A stretch of 62,954 nucleotides of DNA, counting the filler, from Deltaproteobacteria bacterium (GTDB taxonomy: Bacteria; JAUYMQ01), in the NCBI GenBank assembly GCA_030698575.1. It is 6 parts of 6 records of this genome, joined end to end, with 100 filler letters (N's around TTAATTAATTAA, not from the genome) between each part and the next. Parts side by side here need not be neighbours in the genome. Positions count along the whole stretch, not along the records: positions 20,426 to 49,676 come from JAUYMQ010000387.1; 5 more parts are not named here. The stretch is one strand, 5' to 3'. How positions within the stretch are numbered: the first letter of the stretch is position 1; each line of letters opens with the position of its first letter. Shown here one piece after another: positions 33,192 to 41,989 of this stretch. The notes under the pieces are model-generated. The model ran no database searches. It saw only the letters and a program-made list of their open reading frames with translations, and was not told the DNA's origin. Position numbers and translations under genes: made by a program.

Positions 33192-33875
33192 ATGAGGAGT
33201 CGCGTCCTTTGCGTTCTGGGCTTCGTAGGCGCCATCCTCGCGCCCGCCAGTTCCACCGCATCCATTATCCTGATCCATGGCACCGACGTGACGAGCAACT
33301 TCACGGTCGGGTCGCCGGGTATTTTCAATACTGCCACCGGCGGGGACGGCCTCACGATCAGCCCGCCGACGCCGTCTATTCTTGCCGGCAAGTCGCTCCA
33401 CATCGAAATGCAAATGCAAGGCGGCGAGACGGCCGGCACGGTCGGGACGCGGTTCGTAGGCACCCCGGACAGCCTTCCGGACCTCTAGATCTGGGATGGC
33501 AGCGGTCCGCTTCTGACGCTGAACATCAACTTCATCGATGTCACGTCGATCGCGAATCAGTTTTCCCTCATCAGCCTTATCAATTTCGGGAGTTTCGACC
33601 CGCAGTTCGGCACAAACGAAATGGTGATCACGGGTGGGAGCCTCGCCAGCAGCTTCGGTGGCGTGGGAACGAAGGTAAGCGGGATGTTTCACGTGACCAT
33701 CGTCGCATCGCTCGTCCCGGAACAGTTCTTCTCGAACAGCTTCAACACCTCATCGGCGACTTATAATCTGTACGTCCAGCCGCCGGTCCCAGAACCTTCG
33801 ACGCTGGCGCTCCTGGGAGCCGGCCTCATGGGCCTCGCTCTTCGGGGCAGGAAACAGCGGGGGCGGAGCGCCTAG
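33192..33875 (+). pseudogene. PEP-CTERM surface protein (array member 3) interrupted by an in-frame TAG (33486-33488)
   Basis: Paralog of 32408-33127 on both sides of the stop (GTRFVGTPDSLPDL*IWDG..INFIDVTS); C-terminal VPEPSTLALLGAGLMGLALRGRKQR. Confidence 0.85.
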
Positions 33876-33902
33876 AAGCGGATGGCAATTGCGGCACGGC
33901 GC

Positions 33903-33947
33903 GGGAGGCGGTCGGAGCTCGCTGCGAGCCCCGGGCCTCCCTTTTTT
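33903..33947 (+). terminator. Rho-independent terminator after the PEP-CTERM array
   Basis: GGGAGGC..GGAGCTCGC-T-GCGAGCCCC..GCCTCCC-TTTTTT. Confidence 0.75.
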
Positions 33948-34050
33948 GTGGCCGCAAGGCGCCCCAGGGGAGTGAAAAACGGTATTATGAATACGGAGGG
34001 TCCTTCTGGGGGGGGAGTTTCCGGGCCCTGGACTGGAATGGAACCGCGCA

Positions 34051-35889
34051 ATGTTTGCGAACTTCAGGGTTGGAACGGATCGGGGCGTCCGGCCGCGACC
34101 CCCTCGACTTGGTGTGGCAGCGCTCACGATCGCCCTGCTGCTTCTGGGCGGGGCCGGGCCGGCGTGGCCCCAGGTCCTGGGAGACCTGAACGGTGACGGC
34201 GTCATCGACGCTGTTGACGTCGGCTTGCTGGTTACCGTCTACGCCACAGACTCCGCTGATCCGGGTTACGACGCCGGCGGAGATCTGAATAGCGACGGGT
34301 TGATCAACTTCCAGGATCTGGCGATCCTGTCAGGCAACGCGGGGCAGACCCCCACGGCCGTGGCGCCGGCGACTGTTTTCCTCACCGCGAACGACATTCC
34401 CGACGAATTCAACGACGTGCTGGCCGTTCCGGAGAGCGGTTTCTCCCTCGACTTCCGCATTGCCAACCCTCCGGGCGCGCCGCTCATCGATCTTCCGTCG
34501 CTCAGCGTCATGGCAACGCAACCCGCCGGACTCCTCTCGGCCGGCGCCGAGCTTGCGCCGCTCTTCACCAAAACCCCCTCGGGCGGATCCTGGCGCGTGA
34601 GCGCCGTCGAAGCGTTTCCGCCAGTGAACGTGTTCTTCTCCTTCTCGATCCAGAACCAGAAAGGGGATGTCTTCTCGATCCCCTCCTACGGCCTGGCTTC
34701 CCGTGAATGGAAGATCACCCCGCCCGTCGGCGCCGGACAGAAGGTCTTCCTCGATTTCGATCAGGACCGCGATGCCGTGGGCGGGAACGACTTCGACGAG
34801 GATCTGAGAGCCTTCGGGCTGGGCTCGCTGGTTTTTCCTTCGCTGAGCGCCCTTGTCCGGACAGACGTTGTCGTGCGCATCCTCGAGATCATCCGGTCCT
34901 TCTACGGGCAGGATCCCGCCGGAACTTTCCTTCCCGATTCGGCGACGGTGGCTTTCAGCGATCTCTTCACGCTGGGCGCGACGCGAATATGCGTGGGCGG
35001 CGAGGACCCCCTGGGGGGAACGGCATTCGGTCTCACCCCCTTCGACATGAACAACGCGGCCACGGGCTCCGACACCTGTTTCATAGGATCACCCTGGGGC
35101 GTGTTTCCGCGGGAGTTCCTCTTCTTCCAGGCGAACTCGAACTTCCAGGCCGTCTTCAATCCCCTGCGGGCTTCGGCCGGCGGCACGCCGGTAGGGGAGG
35201 ATCCGCTGGACGCCACCGTGCTCGCGTCCGGCTTCGATCCGGGCTCGGCCCTGCCGGCCGAACTGGCGCGGTGGAACACGATCAACGCGGGGGTAGAGAC
35301 CTTTGCGCGCTTCGCCGGGGTGATCGCGGCGCATGAAAACGGACACACGCTCGGCCTCACGGCCGCCACCGCGGCCCCGGCGGGCCTCTGGGGCGACGGT
35401 GCATTTCACAACATGACATCGATGGGCGGCACACCCGCGGAAAACTGGATGATGAACAGCGGCGGCTCTTTCAACTACGAGGAGATCGTGGGGGAGGCGG
35501 GTGAACCGCTGCCGCGCTTCCGGGATCTCAGTGATGCCTATCTGCGCAACGAACTGATGCTCAAGAGCGGCATCACGGGCCCTCTGCAGCCCGCCCCGAC
35601 CCTGACGAACGTCCTGCCCAATCCGGCGATCTACAGCGCGGGGACAGTCAATATCACCGTCTTCGGTTCCGGGTTCTTCGGGACGCCGGACGTGCTCCTG
35701 CTCAAGGACGGGTTCCCGCCGCGCGTCGTGCAGAACGTTCTGCTCGGCATGCCCCCCACCTGCCCGGTGGGGACGTGCATCACCGGCACGCTGGTCCAAT
35801 TCCAGGTCGGGACCGGGCTGTTCGACGTGCTCGTCGAAACCCCGGACGATCAGTCGGTGGTCATCGAGGACCATCTGACGGTCCAGTAG
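34051..35889 (+). CDS. Secreted protein: dockerin-like domain + zinc metalloprotease domain + C-terminal IPT/TIG-like domain
   Basis: Signal peptide; GDLNGDGVIDAVD and GDLNSDGLINFQD paired loops; HENGHTLGL and WMMN; PAPTLTNVLPN..VNITVFGSGF. Confidence 0.8.
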   Translation: MFANFRVGTDRGVRPRPPRLGVAALTIALLLLGGAGPAWPQVLGDLNGDGVIDAVDVGLLVTVYATDSADPGYDAGGDLNSDGLINFQDLAILSGNAGQTPTAVAPATVFLTANDIPDEFNDVLAVPESGFSLDFRIANPPGAPLIDLPSLSVMATQPAGLLSAGAELAPLFTKTPSGGSWRVSAVEAFPPVNVFFSFSIQNQKGDVFSIPSYGLASREWKITPPVGAGQKVFLDFDQDRDAVGGNDFDEDLRAFGLGSLVFPSLSALVRTDVVVRILEIIRSFYGQDPAGTFLPDSATVAFSDLFTLGATRICVGGEDPLGGTAFGLTPFDMNNAATGSDTCFIGSPWGVFPREFLFFQANSNFQAVFNPLRASAGGTPVGEDPLDATVLASGFDPGSALPAELARWNTINAGVETFARFAGVIAAHENGHTLGLTAATAAPAGLWGDGAFHNMTSMGGTPAENWMMNSGGSFNYEEIVGEAGEPLPRFRDLSDAYLRNELMLKSGITGPLQPAPTLTNVLPNPAIYSAGTVNITVFGSGFFGTPDVLLLKDGFPPRVVQNVLLGMPPTCPVGTCITGTLVQFQVGTGLFDVLVETPDDQSVVIEDHLTVQ

Positions 35890-35933
35890 CATCGTATTCC
35901 GCGGGAGGCCGCGGTTGGAGAAAGGCTCGAGAA

Positions 35934-36668
35934 ATGGTTCGGCATGCAGCGACAGCGAGAGGCGCGCACGGCGGATGGGACGGGGCTGCACGCGCGTTTC
36001 GTCTGACGGCCCTCGTGGTCCTCGTGGTGCTGCTCGCCGCTTTCGCCCCCCGCGGCTCGGAGTCCATCGGCTATCTGGCCGAGACCTCGGCGCTCGTGGT
36101 CCTGGGCACCGTGCACGAAGCGCCGGGTAAGAGCCCGGCCGCGGCGTCCACGGGGACCGTCCTCGCGCTGAAGATCGAACGGGTGCTCAAGGGCAGGGCG
36201 CCGAAGGGACCGCTCGTGATCTGGATTCCCTCCCACGAGAATCCGTCCGCTCTCGAGGCGGGACAGCGCGCCATCCTGTTCCTTTCGCCCGTGCCCGATC
36301 TCCCCTTCTACAGGCGCGCGGGCGTGGCCGGCAGGCGGCTCTGGCGAATCGACGGTGCTGCGGCCGGCGTGCTCGATCCCGCGCTGGAGGCGCCGGTGAA
36401 GGAAATGGTCGTGGCGCTCCGTTCGGGGGAGAATTCGGACGTGCTGAACACTCTCGTTCATCAGGCGGGAAATTCAGCGCCGCGCGTTCAGGAAGATGCC
36501 ATCGCCGATCTCGAGCGCCGCTGCCAGGCCGGCTGCGCGCTTGATGCCGCCGGGAGAGCCAGGCTCCGTGCCCTCGGCCTGGCGGCGCCCGCGGGGTCGG
36601 CTCTCCGAAAGCAGTTCCTGCGGGCCGCGGGAGAGAATTCGGGCCGGCCCGCCGCGGGGGGGCCGTGA
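35934..36668 (+). CDS. Exported hypothetical protein with OB-fold/TIMP-like N-domain
   Basis: Signal/TM segment then SALVVLGTV..LKIERVLKG..LEAGQRAILFL pattern; helical C-terminus. Confidence 0.6.
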   Translation: MVRHAATARGAHGGWDGAARAFRLTALVVLVVLLAAFAPRGSESIGYLAETSALVVLGTVHEAPGKSPAAASTGTVLALKIERVLKGRAPKGPLVIWIPSHENPSALEAGQRAILFLSPVPDLPFYRRAGVAGRRLWRIDGAAAGVLDPALEAPVKEMVVALRSGENSDVLNTLVHQAGNSAPRVQEDAIADLERRCQAGCALDAAGRARLRALGLAAPAGSALRKQFLRAAGENSGRPAAGGP

Positions 36669-37720
36669 TGGCGCGACGGCATCGCCTGTCGGCGGGAATG
36701 CTTGCGCTCTTTCTTGCTGCGCCGCTGTGGGCTTCTCTACCTGCGCGGACGGTGCAGGCACAGGTCACGCTCGAGTTCTTCCCCAATCCGGCGGCCTTCT
36801 TTTTCGCCAACGGCGTCCTCGTCACGATGTACGTGCAGGTCAACACGACTTCCCCGATCCAGGCCTACGACGTGGACGTGACTTACGACCCCACGATTCT
36901 GAAAGCCCTCGTGGTATCGGGTCTGGATCTCTTCGACGGCGACGATGCGCTCGTTCGTCCGGCCGAGGTCGACAACCTTTCGGGCGAGGTGCGGGGCATC
37001 GTCGATTCGAACCTGGGCCCGCCGGTGGGCCCGGGCCAGCTCTACGTGGCGAGCGTCGTCTTTCGCGTTCTGAAACCGGGATCCCTCATGCTCGGCTTCA
37101 ACGCCTTCACGCCGACCAGGGGCTTCGCAGACGCCGCGGGCAACGCGCTTTCCGGCCAGGCAGTTCAGACCGCCGTTACGATTCACTCGCTGGCCGACAT
37201 GGATCTCGACGGATTGTCGTCGCAGTACGAGCAGATCATCACGCAGACAAATCCGATGCTGCGCGACAGCGACGGCGACGGAACTTCGGACGGAATGGAG
37301 GATAACGACGGCGACGGTGTCACGAACGCCGCGGAGTACACCAAGGGGACCTTTGCCAACACGCAGGATACCGATGCCGACGGGTTCCTCGACGGCGCGG
37401 ACAACTGCCCGCACACCTACAACCCGTCCCAGGCGGACATCGATGCCGATAACAGGGGGAACGCCTGCGATCCGGACAACGACAACGATCTGCTCGACGA
37501 CGTGGATGAGCCGGCGCTGGGTCTGGATCCATCGGACCCCGACACCGACGATGATGGTTTTCCCGATGGCGTGGAGATCGCCAGGGGGACCGATCCGCTC
37601 GATCCGGACTCGTTTCCGCTGGATGCGCCCGCCATGGGGCCGCTGGGAAGCGCCCTTCTGGTGATCTTGCTCGCCGCGCTCGCATCCCGTAGGATCCGCC
37701 AATCTTCGCGCCCGTCCTGA
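36668..37720 (+). CDS. Surface protein: cohesin-like domain + thrombospondin type-3-like Ca-binding repeats + IPTL-CTERM-like anchor
   Basis: IQAYDVDVTYDPTILK..VASVVFRVLKPG..FADAAGNAL; DSDGDG, DADGFLDGADNCP, DTDDDGFPDG repeats; DAPAMGPLGSALLVILLAALASRRIR; start could be GTG 36665. Confidence 0.8.
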   Translation: MARRHRLSAGMLALFLAAPLWASLPARTVQAQVTLEFFPNPAAFFFANGVLVTMYVQVNTTSPIQAYDVDVTYDPTILKALVVSGLDLFDGDDALVRPAEVDNLSGEVRGIVDSNLGPPVGPGQLYVASVVFRVLKPGSLMLGFNAFTPTRGFADAAGNALSGQAVQTAVTIHSLADMDLDGLSSQYEQIITQTNPMLRDSDGDGTSDGMEDNDGDGVTNAAEYTKGTFANTQDTDADGFLDGADNCPHTYNPSQADIDADNRGNACDPDNDNDLLDDVDEPALGLDPSDPDTDDDGFPDGVEIARGTDPLDPDSFPLDAPAMGPLGSALLVILLAALASRRIRQSSRPS

Positions 37721-37780
37721 GCGCGCCCCTGAATCACCCCGCCCCCTGATTGCCAGCCCCGCCCGGGCCTCGTCGGAACC

Positions 37781-40375
37781 ATGGTCCGACAGACCCTCGC
37801 ACTCAGCACGGCCGCGCTCCTGGCGGGCATCGCCGCCGGTGATGCAGCGCCCTTTCTCTCGCTTCCCGGACTGATCGGCGCGCCGCTCTGCGGGCTGCTG
37901 GCGCTTCGGCTCCGCCGCCCCGCCAGCGTTCTCGGCGCGCTGATACTCGGTGCCTTCCTGGCAGGCGCGGCGTTTCCCGCCCGATGGACTGCGCCACTGC
38001 CCGCCTCTGATCTCGCGCGCATCCTTTGTGAGACGCCTTTTGAATGCGGCGCGCCCGTCGACGCGGCCATCGAGGGCGAACTTGCCGGCACGCCGGTCAG
38101 TGACAACGGCGGCGCGCGCCTTCTCGTGGACGTAAAAGAGATCGCACTTCCGGCGGGCCACCGGAGGGCAAGCGGTCGTCTGATCGTCTATCTGGCCGGC
38201 GAGGTTCCCTCGAAGCGCGCGGGAGATCGGTTGCGGTTTCGCGCGAAGCTTCGGGAGCCGCGGCGTTACCACAACCCCGGCAGCGCCGACCGGCCGCGCG
38301 CGCTCGCGCGCAAGGGCATCCGGCGAGTGGCCTTCGTCGAATCGCCGGAAGCCCTCGTCTGGCTCGCCGGACGGGATTGGCGGCCGTCCCCGCTGGCGGG
38401 GGCACGCCGCGCCCTGCGCGCGCTTCTTCGCAGGGAGGGCGGGAGCGCCTCGCCGCTGCTCGGTGCGCTCCTCCTGGGGGAGCGAGGCGAGCTCTCGCCT
38501 GCGCTGCGTGAGTCCTACGCGCGCGCCGGCGTGGCGCACGTGCTTGCCGTCTCGGGGCTGCACGTTGCCCTGGTTGCGCTGTCGGCCGGCGCCCTGACCC
38601 GACGGCTATTGAAAGGCGCGCCCGGGCTGGCGGCCGGGGGCGGCGCGGCCCGGGGCGGAATCGTCGTGGGACTGGCTGCCGCCTGGGGCTATGCGTTCCT
38701 GGCCGGGGCTGCCGATCCGGCGATGCGGGCGGCCCTCATGGCATCGGCGCTCGCCGGAGGCGCGCTGCTTCTCCGGCGTGCTGACGCCTGGCACGCCCTC
38801 TGGCTTGCCGCGGGCTGCCTGGCGGTCGCCGACCCTGCGCGCGTCTTCGAGGCGGGTGTACAGCTCTCCTTCGCGTCGGTCGGCGGGCTTCTCTGGTGCT
38901 GGCGCGCGGGGGCGCTCCCGGGGAGACGCCCCCCGGGAGCCTGGCGGCGAGCGGGCAGGTGGCTAGCGGGCATGGCGTTTGCCTCGATCGTTGCGACGCT
39001 GGCGACACTTCCTATCCAGGCCAACGTGTTCGGCAGGGTCTCCCTGGTGGCGCCGCTCGCAAACCTGGTCGTCCTGCCGCTCCTTGGCGGGCTGGTGTTG
39101 CCGCTCCTGCTCCTGGCGGCGGCCTGCCATCCGGTCTGGACGGGCGCCGCGGCGCTCCTCGTCCGCGCGGCCGCACATCTCGCTAACGCCGCCTCCGCCG
39201 CGGCGACGTGGTTCGGCGCCGCTCCCTGGTCCACCTTTTCCCTCCCTCCTTTCACGCACATCGATACCGCCGCCTTCTATCTTGTGGCGGCCGCGATCCC
39301 GCTCCTGCTCCGGGGCGGCGGGCGCGGCGCTCGCGCGCTTCTCGGCGCGGGCCTGGTGACGAGCCTGGGCGCCGCGGCCCTGCATGCGTGGAACCTGCAG
39401 CCGCCTTCTGCACTATGTGCGCGCTTCTTCGATGTCGGGCAGGGCGATGCGGCGCTCATCGAGACGCCGGAGGGAGCAAGGATGCTGGTCGATGCGGGTC
39501 CCGCCTTCACGCTTCCGGGCGGCAGGCGGTTCGATGCGGGCGAGCGTGTCCTGGGCCCCGCGCTGCGCGCCGGTTGGATTCGCAGACTCGACGTCCTCGC
39601 TGTGACGCATCCCGACGCCGATCACGCCGGCGGCGCCCGGGCAGTGCTCGAGGGGTTCCGCGTGGGGGAGGTATGGATACCGGCGGGCGCCGAGCAGGCG
39701 GGGGGGATTGCATCGCTGCTGGCAGCGGCACGCCGGCAGCACGTTCCCGTGCACGCCCTCGCGCGCGGCGACCTGCGGCGCCTTGCCGGCGGCACGCGAG
39801 TGGAGGTGCTCGGGCCGCCGCGTGAACGTTCTCGTCGAAATGCGCCATCGGGTGAGCTCCCGCGGCGCGGGGGCTGGAACGATCGCTCGCTCGTGTTGAG
39901 AGTGAACTCGGGTGGTGCCCGGCTGCTGCTTGCCGGGGACATCGAGTTTGACGGCGAGCAAGAGCTCATCCGGGCCGGAGGCGATCTCCGCGCGGACGTG
40001 TTGAAGGTGCCCCACCACGGGAGCGATACATCCTCCCACGCCGAGTTTCTGGCGGCCGTCCGGCCCCGGGTCGCCGTCATCTCGGCCGGCGCCTGGAACC
40101 GCTTCGGGTTTCCGGCGCCCGGCGCATTCCGTCGCCTGGAGAGGGCGGGCGCCCGCGTTTTCCGGACCGACCGCCACGGCGCGATCACGGTCACCCTCGG
40201 CGCAGGCAGGCCTGGCGGGGCCGATTTCTGTCACCCGGGAGCAGGGGAAATTTTCGTTCAACGGCAGCGGTCGATCAGCCGTAAAGGAAGGAGAACAGGC
40301 GTATTGTTCAATTGCGCCCCGCCTGCGGGCGAGGCACGGCGAGGGGGAAAAACCCCTGAGGGAGGAGGCTCGTGA
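37781..40375 (+). CDS. comEC: DNA uptake competence protein ComEC/Rec2
   Basis: GVAHVLAVSGLHV, QLSFA, FFDVGQGDA, THPDADHAGG, LKVPHHGS, RTDRHGAI. Confidence 0.93.
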   Translation: MVRQTLALSTAALLAGIAAGDAAPFLSLPGLIGAPLCGLLALRLRRPASVLGALILGAFLAGAAFPARWTAPLPASDLARILCETPFECGAPVDAAIEGELAGTPVSDNGGARLLVDVKEIALPAGHRRASGRLIVYLAGEVPSKRAGDRLRFRAKLREPRRYHNPGSADRPRALARKGIRRVAFVESPEALVWLAGRDWRPSPLAGARRALRALLRREGGSASPLLGALLLGERGELSPALRESYARAGVAHVLAVSGLHVALVALSAGALTRRLLKGAPGLAAGGGAARGGIVVGLAAAWGYAFLAGAADPAMRAALMASALAGGALLLRRADAWHALWLAAGCLAVADPARVFEAGVQLSFASVGGLLWCWRAGALPGRRPPGAWRRAGRWLAGMAFASIVATLATLPIQANVFGRVSLVAPLANLVVLPLLGGLVLPLLLLAAACHPVWTGAAALLVRAAAHLANAASAAATWFGAAPWSTFSLPPFTHIDTAAFYLVAAAIPLLLRGGGRGARALLGAGLVTSLGAAALHAWNLQPPSALCARFFDVGQGDAALIETPEGARMLVDAGPAFTLPGGRRFDAGERVLGPALRAGWIRRLDVLAVTHPDADHAGGARAVLEGFRVGEVWIPAGAEQAGGIASLLAAARRQHVPVHALARGDLRRLAGGTRVEVLGPPRERSRRNAPSGELPRRGGWNDRSLVLRVNSGGARLLLAGDIEFDGEQELIRAGGDLRADVLKVPHHGSDTSSHAEFLAAVRPRVAVISAGAWNRFGFPAPGAFRRLERAGARVFRTDRHGAITVTLGAGRPGGADFCHPGAGEIFVQRQRSISRKGRRTGVLFNCAPPAGEARRGGKTPEGGGS

Positions 40376-41844
40376 GCGGGCCCGATCGCAAAAGGTCCGC
40401 CCCCGTGGAGACGCGGGGGGAGGGGCTCGAGGAGGTCTCGGGCAAGGGCGCCCGTGCCCTCATCGCGAGCGCCGACGAGCGCGCCGCCGAGGGGCTATCG
40501 CGCCTGCTGCGGGCCCTCGGCTGGACGCCGATCGTGGCCGAGTGCGACGATGCGGCGCTGCGCGCCGTCGAACGATCCCAGCCGACGGTCGTGATCGCCC
40601 GCTTCGAGAAACAGGAGCTGACGCTCGCTGAACGGCTGCGATCGCTCTATCCGCTCATGCCCGTCGTGGCGGTGCTGCCCAAGCCGAATTTCGATCAAGC
40701 TGCGATGGCCTACGAGGCGGGCGCGACGGTCTGCATCGGGGATCCCGTAACCGAGCCGGCGCTGCGGGGCGCCCTTCGGCGCGCGGAGCGCCGCCTGCGC
40801 CAGGTGGCGGCGGAACGGGTCGAGTCGTTGCGGCTGGTCGATTCGGCACGCGCCCTCAATGCCTCGCTCCTGTTCTCCGACATCTACCCGCTCACTCTCG
40901 ACACCATGATGCGCGAGACCGGCAGCAATGCAGCCGTCGGCATCTTCGCCGATGCCGAGCGCGGGGTGCTGGGTCTTCGCGCGATGCGGGGGATGTCGGC
41001 CGAGATGGCCGAGCACCTTGCGCACCGGCTCACGCCCATGCTCGAGGGGCGGCTCTCCTCGAACGCCCGGCCCATCGACGACACGATCGACCCGGACCTC
41101 TGGACGTCTTTGAGCGACGTCCTCAAGGGCGAGATCGATGAGCCGCCCCGGCTCCTTCTCGTGCCGGTCCCGCGCGCATCCCGAGGCCGCGAGGCGTCGA
41201 CCTCGCCCAACATCGGGGCGGTGCTGCTTCTCCGCCACGCGCCCGCGGCGCCCTTTTCCCAGGACCTGCGCGAGCGGGCGGCCTTCCTCGCCGTGCAGGC
41301 GGGCATCGCCGTCCAGAACGGCGCGCTCTACGCCGCCGCCGAGGAGCGCGCCTATCTCGACCCGCTCACCGGCCTCTACAACACCCGCTACCTCTACGCG
41401 ACACTCGAGCAGGAGATTACCCGCTCGACCCGCTACGGGCACGAACTCTCGGTGCTCTTTCTCGACCTCGATCACTTCAAGCTGGTCAATGACCGCCACA
41501 ACCACCTGGTCGGAAGCGCGGTGCTCGTCGAGACGGCTCACCTGATCGAACGGAAGATCCGCCAGGTGGACGGCGCGGTCCGCTACGGCGGCGATGAGTT
41601 CGTGATCATCCTCATCGAGACGACCCATGCCGGCGCACTGAACGTCGCGGAACGGATTCGCGAGAGCGTCGGAGAGCATGTCTTCCAGGAAGCGGCCGGA
41701 CTATCGATACGGGTCACCTGCTCGATCGGCGTTGCCTCGCTGCCGGTCCACGGCAAGCAGGCGCGGGAGCTTATCGAGGCGGCCGACCTCGCCATGTACC
41801 GCGCCAAGAGCCAGCGGAATCTCGTCCGCTCGGCCAGCGACTGA
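40372..41844 (+). CDS. Diguanylate cyclase (pseudo-receiver-GAF-GGDEF)
   Basis: DPLTGLYN, FLDLDHFK.VND, RQVD I-site, YGGDEF; N-terminal receiver-like segment lacks the acidic residues. Confidence 0.88.
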   Translation: MSGPDRKRSAPVETRGEGLEEVSGKGARALIASADERAAEGLSRLLRALGWTPIVAECDDAALRAVERSQPTVVIARFEKQELTLAERLRSLYPLMPVVAVLPKPNFDQAAMAYEAGATVCIGDPVTEPALRGALRRAERRLRQVAAERVESLRLVDSARALNASLLFSDIYPLTLDTMMRETGSNAAVGIFADAERGVLGLRAMRGMSAEMAEHLAHRLTPMLEGRLSSNARPIDDTIDPDLWTSLSDVLKGEIDEPPRLLLVPVPRASRGREASTSPNIGAVLLLRHAPAAPFSQDLRERAAFLAVQAGIAVQNGALYAAAEERAYLDPLTGLYNTRYLYATLEQEITRSTRYGHELSVLFLDLDHFKLVNDRHNHLVGSAVLVETAHLIERKIRQVDGAVRYGGDEFVIILIETTHAGALNVAERIRESVGEHVFQEAAGLSIRVTCSIGVASLPVHGKQARELIEAADLAMYRAKSQRNLVRSASD

Positions 41845-41885
41845 GACCCCTCGCCCGTCGCGCGCCGCGGCGCGCCAAAGCTACG

Positions 41886-41914
41886 TTGACAGCCCCTCGG
41901 ACCTCTGCTAGGTT
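41886..41914 (+). promoter_or_regulatory. Sigma-70 promoter for hisS-aspS
   Basis: TTGACA-17 bp-TAGGTT with TGn extension. Confidence 0.65.
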
Positions 41915-41989
41915 TCTGATTTAATAGGGTTTTTCGTCCCGCCGGGCCGTCCACAGGAACCCTCCCGCTTTCCAGGCTGGAACGCCGCC

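Noticed and set aside
29670-33488. Genome-wide stop-codon reassignment, selenocysteine or pyrrolysine as the explanation for the two in-frame stops
   Set aside because: TAG and TGA both end many conserved genes here, including TAG at 33873-33875 of the same gene; the TGA sits in a TM helix rather than a redox motif; no sel or pyl genes are visible
37195-37620. Repetitive GAC/GGC-rich DNA as a CRISPR array or DNA repeat
   Set aside because: Explained by protein-level Asp-rich TSP3-like repeats; no identical repeats with unique spacers and no cas genes in the window
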